Translations under genes and position numbers: made by a program
Part shown: one piece after another, positions 51,818 to 64,000 of the stretch
Position numbering within the stretch: the stretch's first letter is position 1
Layout of the letters: every line of letters begins with the position of its first letter
DNA from: Eledone cirrhosa
Taxonomy: Eukaryota
Assembly (NCBI GenBank): GCA_964016885.1
Contig: OZ024746.1
Location: forward strand, 13,082,001-13,146,000
Direction: 5' to 3'
DNA: 64,000 nt
Notes under the pieces: generated by a model
What the model saw: only the letters and a program-made list of their open reading frames with translations
Database searches by the model: none
What the model was told of the DNA's origin: nothing

Positions 51818-52954
51818 CTATATATGTGTGTGTGTGTGTCTATATATATGTGTGTGTGTGTGTGTATATATATATATGTGTGTGTGTGTATATATATATA
51901 TATGTGTGTGTCTATATATATGTGTGTGTGTGTCTATATATATATGTGTGTGTGTGTGTGTCATATATATATATGTGTGTGTGTGTGTGTCTATATATAT
52001 GTGTGTGTGTGTCTATATATATATGTGTGTGTGTGTGTCTATATATATATATGTGTGTGTGTCATCATCATCATCATCATCACCGTTTTACGTCCGTTCT
52101 TCCACGCTAGCATGGGTTAGACGGGTTGTCCTGTTGTGGGCAGTGTCTGGTCGGCTGACCATGCCTTGCTCATACAGGAACTGATCTGGCTTGATTTCTA
52201 CAGCTGGATGCCCTTCCTAACACCAACCTCATTTACAGTGAGTGCTGGGTGCTTTTTCGTGGCGCCTACACGTCCACTTTACAGTGTGGGCTGGGTGCTT
52301 TTTTGCCGTGGCACCTCCACGACCACCTTGCGGTGGGGGGAGTGGGGGCATATTGTTTATATGCTTCAGCTTGTACCCATGGGAGGTCGGGTACTCTGTA
52401 TTACTGCGTGACGCCAGAATTCACGGTCGTGTGTCATTGCCTTTGAGAGGTGTAATTGGGTAAGGTCGGCTTTTATCACCTCATCCCAGGTCATCTTGGG
52501 TCTCCCCACTCCGCGGTTTCCATCAACTTCTAGTGCTCTGCACCTTTTTATGCAGCTGTCATCCTTCATACGCATCACATGTCCATACCAGCGTAACCGC
52601 CTCTCCTGCACGCAGCATTTGATTCCTCTTATGCTCAGTCTCTCTCTCAATTCATTTATGCTTTGTCGTTCACGTATATTACTGTTACACATCCATCGGA
52701 GCATGCAGGCTTCGTTTCTCTCTAATCTAGGTAAGTCTTCCACCTTCAGCGCCCAGGTCTCACTACCATGCAACATCGCTGTTCGGATACACGCATCATA
52801 CAGTCTGCCTTTCATTCTGAGGGAGAAGCCTTTTGCAGCTAGCAGTGGTAGTAGTTCCCTAAACTTCTTCCATCCCGTTCTTACCCTAGTTATTGTACTT
52901 TCTGAGCACCCACCTCCGTTGCTAATTCGGTCACCTAGTGTGTCTATATATATA

Positions 52955-53005
<51 letters not shown>

Positions 53006-53082
53006 CTATATATATGTGTGTGTGTGTGTGTCTATATATATATGTGTGTGTGTGTGTCTATATATATATATGTGTGTGTGTG

Positions 53083-53113
<31 letters not shown>

Positions 53114-53114
53114 C

Positions 53115-53147
<33 letters not shown>

Positions 53148-53161
53148 CTATATATATATGT

Positions 53162-53211
<50 letters not shown>

Positions 53212-53390
53212 CTATATATATGTGTGTGTGTGTGTGTCTATATATATATGTGTGTGTGTGTGTCTATATATATATGTGTGTGTGTGTCTATATATATGTG
53301 TGTGTGTGTGTGTCTATATATATATGTGTGTGTGTGTGTCTATATATATGTGTGTGTGTGTGTCTATATATATATGTGTGTGTGTGTGTC

Positions 53391-53431
<41 letters not shown>

Positions 53432-53432
53432 C

Positions 53433-53467
<35 letters not shown>

Positions 53468-53596
53468 CTATATATATATATATGTGTGTGTGTGTCTATA
53501 TATATATGTGTGTGTGTGTCTATATATATGTGTGTGTGTGTGTCTATATATATATGTGTGTGTGTGTGTCTATATATATATATGTGTGTGTGTGTC

Positions 53597-53629
<33 letters not shown>

Positions 53630-53854
53630 CTATATATATATATATATATGTGTGTGTGTCTATATATGTGTGTGTGTGTCTATATATATATATGTGTGTG
53701 TGTGTGTCTATATATATATGTGTGTGTGTGTCTATATATATATGTGTGTGTGTGTCTATATATATGTGTGTGTGTGTGTCTATATATATATGTGTGTGTG
53801 TGTGTCTATATATATATATGTGTGTGTGTGTGTGTCTATATATATGTGTGTGTG

Positions 53855-53897
<43 letters not shown>

Positions 53898-53956
53898 CTA
53901 TATATGTGTGTGTGTGTCTATATAATTATGTGTGTGTGTGTGTCTATATATATATA
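51549..53956. repeat. Compound (TG)nTC(TA)n microsatellite, split by an RTE insertion
   Basis: Direct observation. Confidence 0.95.
52063..52938 (-). mobile_element. Young 5'-truncated RTE, near-identical to 29490-30363
   Basis: Only scattered substitutions relative to the 29.5-kb copy. Truncated at LGDRISNG. Confidence 0.95.
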
Positions 53957-53967
53957 GTCAGAAAAAA

Positions 53968-54540
53968 TACTGCACAAGGCCAGCAATTTTGGGGAGAGGA
54001 AAGTCAATTAAATTGACCCAGTGCATTATAGATATTTATTTTATCGACCCTGTAAAGATGAAAGGCAAAGCTAAACTTGACAGGATTTTAACTCAGAACG
54101 TAAAGGGCCGTAACTCTATGCCATTAAGCATGCTGTCTGACGCTCTACCGATGCTGCCAATCCACCTCCCTAATATGATAATTGTTTCTACTTTTGGAAC
54201 AAGGCCAGCAATTATCCCAGTGCATTACTGGTACTTTATCTTATGAACCCCGTAAGGATGAAAGGCAAAGTTAAGCTCGGCGGGATTTGAACTCAAACCG
54301 TAAAGGGCCGTAACTCTATGCTGCAAAGCATGCTGTCCGACGCTCTACCGATGCTGCCAATCCACCTCCCTAATATGATAATTGTTTCTACTTTTGGCAC
54401 AAGGCCAGCAATTACCCAGTACATTACTGGTACTTTATTTTATCAACCCCGTAAGGATGAAAGGCAAAGTTGACCTTGGCGGGGTTTGAACTCAGAATGG
54501 AAAGGGCCGTAACTCTATGCGTCAAAGCATGGTGTCCGAC
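53968..54540 (-). mobile_element. Tandem trimer of a Nin-domain tRNA-SINE (~195-bp units)
   Basis: Three head-to-tail copies of GCACAAGGCCAGCAATT..GGATGAAAGGCAAAG..GGATTTGAACTCAGA..GTCCGAC. Confidence 0.85.
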
Positions 54541-55650
54541 TAATATGATAATAATAACAAAAAGCAGTTCTATATTTCCATGCTAACTTGGAATATATTG
54601 TTGTGCATCTCTGCTCTTTGACTTCTTTTAATATCTAAATATGGGTTCAATTAAGTGTTGTCTTTTTGTTTTGTTTTTTAATGGTAGGATGCTCCTCCAA
54701 CTGTGAATCATGGAATCCCGAAATAAGATTGGTACCTGTTTTTAGCTGATCATGCAATCAGATTCCAATATAAAATGTCTGGAATTAATTGATTTCACAT
54801 TTATAAACAAGCAAGAAGTAATAAGATTTTTTCACACTGAGAAGACATTAAGTTCTGTTGGTGAAACAAAATAGCTTTAACTGGGATTCATAAGTGGGCC
54901 ACAGTTATTTATGGCTTGGTAGAGGCCAGGAGCTAACCTTTTATCTATGAGAAATTGATTAGAAAATGAGGTTGAAAAGTCAGAGAGAAAATAATTAATT
55001 CAAGAATAATTTTGATAAACAGAAGAAAATTGTGAGCATTTTCAAAGAAAATGCCAATTTATTTATAAAAATAGTAAAGTAAAAGTGTGTTATCTACAAT
55101 ATGATGAAATAATTTTATAGTATTAATAAAAAATTTGTAATAAAATATAGTTCTTAAGCTGTCTAGTAGATTAATTAAAATTACCTTTTGAATATACATT
55201 TTAAAAATTTCATACTTCTTTACAGTGTTTTAATAAAAAATATATTTTGCCTAAAACATATAGTATAGAATTTTTTTCTGGAGAAAATTCCAATTTATTT
55301 TTAACGAGTTTATTTTTGTCAACACAACTGCAATGAGCTTAATAGCTAATTTAATTAAGTTTATTGTCACTATTTAAGTATACAACATGTTGTACATTCT
55401 GCTATGCAACAGCAACTAATGGTATTCTCATAATTATATGTTCATTGAGGTAAAATGGACTGAAATCTTAATCTTTTTTATTCTAATTGTCTTTTATATT
55501 GTTATGAAATTTAGAGATATGAATATAATTTCCAGATCTAGACTTCCACTAAAGTTATGCAAATATTAAAGTAGAGCAGTTATTTTCTAGCTATTATATA
55601 TATAATGAAAATTATTGTCTACAGTGCTCAGGTACACTACAAAAAGGAAA

Positions 55651-55769
55651 TGATTACAGCACCCACATTTCCATAGTGGTCACCCATCCAAGTAGTAACT
55701 AGACTTGACATTGATTAACTTCAGTGATCGGACCAGAACTAATGTTGTCAGTGTGATATGGCTGTAAAC
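55651..55769 (-). pseudogene. 5S rRNA-derived pseudogene
   Basis: Minus strand GTTTACAGCCATATCAC..GTCCGATCACTGAAGTTAA..TACTTGGATGGGTGACC..GGTGCTGTA is colinear with 5S over 119 nt and followed by a T-run. Many substitutions and CpG loss. Confidence 0.85.
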
Positions 55770-55955
55770 ATTAGAGAGGACATGTAGGGCTGGTCACACA
55801 GTTGAACACCACTGCTCTTTATCATTACTAGATGTGTGTGGAAGTGTGTCTATATTTATCTATTATATATACTTATGTATGCTTGGAGAGGATATGGACA
55901 CTGCCAAGAATATATGAGGGTCACTGAAATGTCATGGTGGACACACTGTCAAACG

Positions 55956-58900
55956 TCTAGAGTGGCATCCCAACAACTGACTGCACCAGTGGCACATCTA
56001 GAGTGGTGCCCCAACAACTGACTGCACCAGTGGCACATCTAGAGTGGTGCCCCAATAACTGACTGCACCAGTGGCACATCTAGAGTGGCACCCCAATAAC
56101 TGACTGCACCAGTGACACATCTAGAGTGACACCCCAATAACTGACTGCGCCAGTGGCACATCTAGAGTGGTGCCCCAACAACTGACTGCACCAGTGGCAC
56201 ATCTAGAGTGGTGCCCCAACAACTGACTGCACCAGTGGCACATCTAGAGTGGCGCCCCAACAACTGACTGCACCAGTGGCAGATCTAGAGTGGTGCCCCA
56301 ACAACTGACTGCACCAGTGGCACATCTAGAGTGGCACCCCAACAACTGACTGCACCAGTGGCACATCTAGAGTGGCGCCCCAATAACTGACTGCACCAGT
56401 GGCACATCTAGAGTGGCACCCCAATAACTGACTGCACCAGTGGCACATCTAGAGTGGCATGCCAACAACTGACTGCACCAGTGGCACATCTAGAGTGGCA
56501 CCCCAATAACTGACTGCACCAGTGACACATCTAGAGTGGCACCCCAATAACTGACTGCACCAGTGGCACATCTAGAGTGGCATGCCAGCAACTGACTGCA
56601 CCAGTGGCACATCTAGAGTGGTGCCCCAACAACTGACTGCACCAGTGACACATCTAGAGTGGCACCCCAATAACTGACTGCACCAGTGGCACATCTAGAG
56701 TGGCGCCCCAATAACTGACTGCACCAGTGGCACATCTAGAGTGGCACCCCAATAACTGACTGCACCAGTGGCACATCTAGAGTGACACCCCAACAACTGA
56801 CTGCACCAGTGGCACATCTAGAGTGGCACCCCAATAACTGACTGCACCAGTGGCACATCTAGAGTGGCATCCCAACAACTGACTGCACCAGTGGCACATC
56901 TAGAGTGGCACCCCAACACCTGACTGCACCAGTGGCACATCTAGAGTGGCACCCCAACAACTGACTGCACCAGTGGCACATCTAGAGTGGCGCCCCAATA
57001 ACTGACTGCACCAGTGACACATCTAGAGTGGCACGCCAACAACTGACTGCACCAGTGGCACATCTAGAGTGGCACCCCAATAACTGACTGCACCAGTGGC
57101 ACATCTAGAGTGACACCCCAATAACTGACTGCACCAGTGACACATCTAGAGTGGCACGCCAACAACTGACTGCACCAGTGGCACATCTAGAGTGGCACCC
57201 CAATAACTGACTGCACCAGTGGCACATCTAGAGTGACACCCCAATAACTGACTGCACCAGTGACACATCTAGAGTGGCACGCCAACAACTGACTGCACCA
57301 GTGGCACATCTAGAGTGGCACCCCAATAACTGACTGCACCAGTGACACATCTAGAGTGGCACCCCAACAACTGACTGTACCAGTGGCACATCTAGAGTGG
57401 CGCCCCAACAACTGACTGCACCAGTGGCACATCTAGAGTGGTGCCCCAACAACTGACTGCACCAGTGGCACATCTAGAGTGGAACGCCAACAACTGACTG
57501 CACCAGTGGCACATCTAGAGTGACACCCCAACAACTGACTGCACCAGTGGCACATCTAGAGTAGCACCCCAATAACTAACTGCACCAGTGACACATCTAG
57601 AGTGACACCCCAATAACTGACTGCACCAGTGGCACATCTAGAGTGGCGCCCCAATAACTGACTGCACCAGTGGCACATCTAGAGTGGTGCCCCAACAACT
57701 GACTGCACCAGTGGCACATCTAGAGTGGCACCCCAATAACTGACTGCACCAGTGACACATCTAGAGTGGCACCCCAATAACTGACTGCACCAGTGACACA
57801 TCTAGAGTGGCACGCCAACAACTGACTGCACCAGTGGCACATCTAGAGTGGCGCCCCAACAACTGACTGCACCAGTGACACATCTAGAGTGGCATGCCAA
57901 CAACTGACTGCACCAGTGGCACATCTAGAGTGGCACCCCAATAACTGACTGCACCAGTGGCACATCTAGAGTGGCATGCCAACAACTGACTGCACCAGTG
58001 GCACATCTAGAGTGGCGCCCCAACAACTGACTGCACCAGTGACACATCTAGAGTGGCACGCCAACAACTGACTGCACCAGTGGCACATCTAGAGTGGCAC
58101 CCCAATAACTGACTGCACCAGTGTCACATCTAGAGTGGCACCCCAATAACTGACTGCACCAGTGACACATCTAGAGTGGCACGCCAACAACTGACTGCAC
58201 CAGTGGCACATCTAGAGTGGCGCCCCAACAACTGACTGCACCAGTGGCACATCTAGAGTGGCACCCCAATAACTGACTGCACCAGTGGCACATCTAGAGT
58301 GGCACCCCAATAACTGACTGCACCAGTGGCACATCTAGAGTGGCACCCCAATAACTGACTGCACCAGTGACACATCTAGAGTGGCACGCCAATAACTGAC
58401 TGCACCAGTGGCACATCTAGAGTGGCACCCCAATAACTGACTGTACCAGTGACACATCTAGAGTGGCACGCCAACAACTGACTGCACCAGTGGCACATCT
58501 AGAGTTGCGCCCCAACACCTGACTGCACCAGTGACACATCTAGAGTGGCACCCCAACAACTGACTGCACCAGTGGCACATCTAGAGTGGCACCCCAACAC
58601 CTGACTGCACCAGTGGCACATCTAGAGTGACACCCCAACAACTGACTGCACCAGTGGCACATCTAGAGTGGTGCCCCAACAACTGACTGCACCAGTGGCA
58701 CATCTAGAGTGGCACCCCAACACCTGACTGCACCAGTGGCACATCTAGAGTGACACCCCAACAACTGACTGCACCAGTGGCACATCTAGAGTGGCACCCC
58801 AACACCTGACTGCACCAGTGGCACATCTAGAGTGGCATCCCAATAACTGACTGCACCAGTGGCACATCTAGAGTGGTGCCCCAACAACTGACTGCACCAG

Positions 58901-59343
58901 TGGCACATCTAGAGTGGTGCCCCAACAACTGACTGCACCAGTGGCACATCTAGAGTGGCGCCCCAACACCTGACTGCACCAGTGGCACATCTAGAGTGGC
59001 ACCCCAACAACTGACTGCACCAGTGGCACATCTAGAATGACACCCCAATAACTGACTGCACCAGTAGCACATCTAGAGTGGTGCCCCAACAACTGACTGC
59101 ACCAGTGGCACATCTAGAGTGGTGCCCCAACAACTGACTGCACTAGTGGCACATCTAGAGTGGCACCCCAATAACTGACTGCACCAGTGGCACATCTAGA
59201 GTGGTGCCCAACACATGACTGCACCAGTGGCACATCTAGAGTGGTGCCCCAACAACTGACTGCACTAGTGGCACATCTAGAGTGGTACCCCAGTAACTGA
59301 CTGCACTAGTGGCACATCTAGAGTGGCACCCAATAATTGACTG
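55956..59343. repeat. 41-bp satellite, ~82 copies
   Basis: Unit TCTAGAGTGGCACCCCAAYAACTGACTGCACCAGTGGCACA, with an XbaI site in each unit. Confidence 0.97.
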
Positions 59344-59401
59344 AGGTTCTTGTATAAAATTATGTTGGAAGATTTTAATATAAACAGGGACTCTTTAAAA
59401 T

Positions 59402-62400
59402 GGACAGTTTTGTGTCATAGAACCTGAGACAGTTGTGTGTCATAGAACCTGAGACAGTTTTGTGTCATAGAACCTGAGACAGTTGTGTGTCATAGAACCT
59501 GAGACAGTTGTGTGTCATAGAACCGGAGACAGTTTTGTGTCATAGAACCTGAGACAGTTGTGTGTCATAGAACCTGAGATAGTTGTGTGTCATAGAACCT
59601 GAGGCAATTTTGTGTCATAGAACCTGAGACAGTTGTGTGTCATAGAACCTGAGACAGTTCTGTCATAGAACCTGAGACAGTTGTGTGTCATAGAACCTGA
59701 GACAGTTTTGTGTCATAGAACCTGAGACAGTTGTGTGTCATAGAACCTGAGACAGTTGTGTGCATAGAACCTGAGACAGTTGTGTGTCATAGAACCTGAG
59801 ACAGCTGTGTGTCATAGAACCTGAGACAGTTGTGTGTCATAGAACCTGAGACAGTTGTGTGCATAGAACCTGAGACAGTTGTGTGTCATAGAACCTGAGA
59901 CAGTTGTGTGTCATAGAACCTGAGACAGTTGTGTGTCATAGAACCTGAGACAGTTTTGTGTCATAGAACCTGAGACAGTTGTGTGTCATAGAACCTGAGA
60001 CAGTTGTGTGTCATAGAACCTGAGGCAGTTTTGTGTCATAGAACCTGAGACAGTTGTGTGTCATAGAACCTGAGACAGTTGTGTGTCATAGAACCTGAGA
60101 CAGTTTTGTGTCATAGAACCTGAGACAGTTTGTGTCATAGAACCTGAGACAGTTGTGTGTCATAGAACCTGAGACAGTTGTGTGTCATAGAACCTGAGAC
60201 AGTTGTGTGTCATAGAACCTGAGACAGTTGTGTGTCATAGAACCTGAGACAGTTGTGTGTCATAGACCTGAGACAGTTGTGTGTCATAGAACCTGAGACA
60301 GTTGTGTGTCATAGAACCTGAGACAGTTTTGTGTCATAGAACCTGAGACAGTTTGTGTCATAGAACCTGAGACAGTTTTGTGTCATAGAACCTGAGACAG
60401 TTGTGTGTCATAGAACCTGAGACAGTTGTGTCATAGAACCTGAGACAGTTTTGTGTCATAGAACCTGAGACAGTTGTGTGTCATAGAACCTGAGACAGTT
60501 TTGTGTCATAGAACCTGAGACAGTTGTGTCATAGAACCTGAGACAGTTTTGTGTCATAGAACCTGAGACAGTTGTGTGTCATAGAACCTGAGACAGTTGT
60601 GTGTCATAGAACCTGAGACAGTTTTGTGTCATAGAACCTGAGACAGTTGTGTGTCATAGAACCTGAGACAGTTGTGTGTCATAGAACCTGAGGCAGTTTT
60701 GTGTCATAGAACCTGAGACAGTTGTGTGTCATAGAACCTGAGACAGTTGTGTGTCATAGAACCTGAGACAGTTTTGTGACATAGAACCTGAGACAGTTTG
60801 TGTCATAGAACCTGAGACAGTTGTGTGTCATAGAACCTGAGACAGTTGTGTGTCATAGAACCTGAGACAGTTGTGTGTCATAGAACCTGAGACAGTTGTG
60901 TCATAGAACCTGAGACAGTTTTGTGTCATAGAACCTGAGACAGTTGTGTGTCATAGAACCTGAGACAGTTTTGTGTCATAGAACCTGAGACAGTTGTGTG
61001 TCATAGAACCTGAGACAGTTTTGTGTCATAGAACCTAAGACAGTTTTGTGTCATAGAACCTGAGACAGTTGTGTCATAGAACCTGAGACAGTTTTGTGTC
61101 ATAGAACCTGAGACAGTTGTGTGTCATAGAACCTGAGACAGTTGTGTGTCATAGAACCTGAGACAGTTGTGTCATAGAACCTGAGACAGTTGTGTGTCAT
61201 AGAACCTGAGACAGTTGTGTGTCATAGAACCTGAGACAGTTTTGTGTCATAGAACCTGAGACAGTTGTGTGTCATAGAACCTGAGACAGTTTTGTGTCAT
61301 AGAACCTGAGACAGTTGTGTGTCATAGAACCTGAGACAGTTGTGTCATAGAACCTGAGACAGTTGTGTGTCATAGAACCTGAGACAGTTGTGTGTCATAG
61401 AAACTGAGACAGTTGTGTGTCATAGAACCTGAGACAGTTGTGTGTCATAGAAGCTGAGACAGTTGTGTGTCATAGAACCTGAGACAGTTTTGTGTCATAG
61501 AACCTGAGACAGTTGTGTGTCATAGAACCTGAGACAGTTTTGTGTCATAGAACCTGAGACAGTTGTGTGTCATAGAACCTGAGCCAGTTGTGTCATAGAA
61601 CCTGAGACAGTTGTGTGTCATAGAACCTGAGACAGTTGTGTGTCATAGAACCTGAGACAGTTGTGTGTCATAGAACCTGAGACAGTTGTGTCATAGAACC
61701 TGAGACAGTTGTGTGTCATAGAACCTGAGACAGTTGTGTCATAGAACCTGAGACAGTTTTGTGTCATAGAACCTGAGACAGTTGTGCGTCATAGAACCTG
61801 AGACAGTTGTGTGTCATAGAACCTGAGACAGTTGTGTCATAGAACCTGAGATAGTTGTGTGTCATAGAACCTGAGACAGTTGTGTGTCATAGAACCTGAG
61901 ACAGTTTTGTGTCATAGAACCTGAGACAGTTGTGTGTCATAGAACCTGAGAGAGTTTTGTGTCATAGAACCTGAGACAGTTGTGTGTCATAGAACCTGAG
62001 ACAGTTGTGTGTCATAGACCTGAGACAGTTGTGTGTCATAGAACCTGAGACAGTTGTGTGTCATAGAACCTGAGACAGTTTTGTGTCATAGAACCTGAGA
62101 CAGTTTGTGTCATAGAACCTGAGACAGTTTTGTGTCATAGAACCTGAGACAGTTGTGTGTCATAGAACCTGAGACAGTTGTGTCATAGAACCTGAGACAG
62201 TTTTGTGTCATAGAACCTGAGACAGTTGTGTGTCATAGAACCTGAGACAGTTTTGTGTCATAGAACCTGAGACAGTTGTGTGTCATAGAACCTGAGACAG
62301 TTTGTGTCATAGAACCTGAGACAGTTGTGTGTCATAGAACCTGAGACAGTTCTGTCATAGAACCTGAGACAGTTGTGTGTCATAGAACCTGAGACAGTTT

Positions 62401-64000
62401 TGTGTCATAGAACCTGAGACAGTTGTGTGTCATAGAACCTGAGACAGTTGTGTGCATAGAACCTGAGACAGTTGTGTGTCATAGAACTTGAGACAGCTGT
62501 GTGTCATAGAACCTGAGACAGTTGTGTGTCATAGAACCTGAGACAGTTGTGTGCATAGAACCTGAGACAGCTGTGTGTCATAGAACCTGAGACAGTTGTG
62601 TGTCATAGAACCTGAGACAGTTGTGTGTCATAGAACCTGAGACAGTTTTGTGTCATAGAACCTGAGACAGTTGTGTGTCATAGAACCTGAGACAGTTGTG
62701 TGTCATAGAACCTGAGGCAGTTTTGTGTCATAGAACCTGAGACAGTTGTGTGTCATAGAACCTGAGACAGTTGTGTGTCATAGAACCTGAGACAGTTTTG
62801 TGTCATATAACCTGAGACAGTTTGTGTCATAGAACCTGAGACAGTTGTGTGTCATAGAACCTGAGACAGTTGTGTGTCATAGAACCTGAGACAGTTTTGT
62901 GTCATAGAACCTGAGACAGTTGTGTGTCATAGAACCTGAGACAGTTTTGTGTCATAGAACCTGAGACAGTTTGTGTCATAGAACCTGAGACAGTTTTGTG
63001 TCATAGAACCTGAGACAGTTGTGTGTCATAGAACCTGAGACAGTTGTGTCATAGAACCTGAGACAGTTTTGTGTCATAGAACCTGAGACAGTTGTGTGTC
63101 ATAGAACCTGAGACAGTTTTGTGTCATAGAACCTGAGACAGTTGTGTGTCATAGAACCTGAGGCAGTTTTGTGTCATAGAACCTGAAACAGTTGTGTGTC
63201 ATAGAACCTGAGACAGTTGTGTGTCATAGAACCTGAGACAGTTTTGTGTCATAGAACCTGAGACAGTTGTGTGTCATAGAACCTGAGACAGTTGTGTGTC
63301 ATAGAACCTGAGACAGTTGTGTGTCATAGAACCTGAGACAGTTGTGTGTCATAGAACCTGAGACAGTTTTGTGTCATAGAACCTGAGACAGTTGTGTGTC
63401 ATAGAACCTGAGACAGTTGTGTGTCATAGAACCTGAGACAGTTTTGTGTCATAGAACCTGAGACAGTTGTGTGTCATAGAACCTGAGACAGTTTTGTGTC
63501 ATAGAACCTGAGACAGTTGTGTGTCATAGAACCTGAGACAGTTGTGTGTCATAGAACCTGAGACAGTTGTGTGTCATAGAACCTGAGACAGTTGTGTGTC
63601 ATAGAACCTGAGACAGTTTTGTGTCATAGAACCTGAGACAGTTTTGTGTCATAGAACCTGAGACAGTTTTGTGTCATAGAACCTGAGACAGTTGTGTGTC
63701 ATAGAACCTGAGACAGTTGTGTGTCATAGACCTGAGACAGTTGTGTGTCATAGAACCTGAGACAGTTGTGTGTCATAGAACCTGAGACAGTTTTGTGTCA
63801 TAGAACCTGAGACAGTTTGTGTCATAGAACCTGAGACAGTTGTGTCATAGAACCTGAGATAGTTGTGTGTCATAGAACCTGAGACAGTTGTGTGTCATAG
63901 AACCTGAGACAGTTTTGTGTCATAGAACCTGAGACAGTTGTGTGTCATAGAACCTGAGACAGTTTTGTGTCATAGAACCTGAGACAGTTTTGTCATAGAA
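59402..64000. repeat. 25-bp satellite, ~185 copies, runs off the window end
   Basis: Unit GACAGTTKTGTGTCATAGAACCTGA, with 23- and 24-bp deletion variants. Confidence 0.97.

Noticed and set aside
50318-54016. ORFs up to 506 aa rich in C/V/Y/I
   Set aside because: Translations of TG/TA microsatellite and antisense RTE sequence.
55651-55769. Functional 5S rRNA gene
   Set aside because: Too many substitutions relative to conserved 5S and not in a tandem array, so it is called a pseudogene.
55956-64000. Regular short repeats as a CRISPR array
   Set aside because: Units are contiguous with no unique spacers, there are no cas genes, and the context is eukaryotic.

Overview
AT-rich, repeat-dense eukaryotic DNA, most likely an octopus or other coleoid cephalopod. 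That assignment is inferred from the (ATG)n-tailed RTE LINEs, Nin-domain tRNA-SINEs, TTAA MITEs and TA/TG microsatellites. Only one host protein-coding exon is confidently recognisable: an ABRA/STARS (Costars-domain) exon at 49170-49617 (-). The rest is a young 5'-truncated RTE LINE with an RT plus PHD-like finger ORF (29.5-31.2 kb), a near-identical shorter copy at 52 kb, many decayed RTE relics, SINEs, piggyBac- and Tc1-type MITEs, a degenerate 5S rRNA copy, and two adjacent satellites (41-bp and 25-bp units) filling the last 8 kb. Most ORFs in the track are microsatellite or minisatellite artefacts. The most interesting signal is a set of non-coding elements carrying type I hammerhead ribozyme motifs (177, 1890, 8437, 9539/9866, 32431, with half-cores at 47.2 and 47.4 kb). 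Several are long near-perfect fold-back palindromes with a one-sided extension, inserted in (TA)n/(TG)n tracts, which matches Penelope-like pLTR or retrozyme-type architecture. Several tandem arrays can also be traced to specific transposon sub-sequences. All alignments and folds were done by eye.
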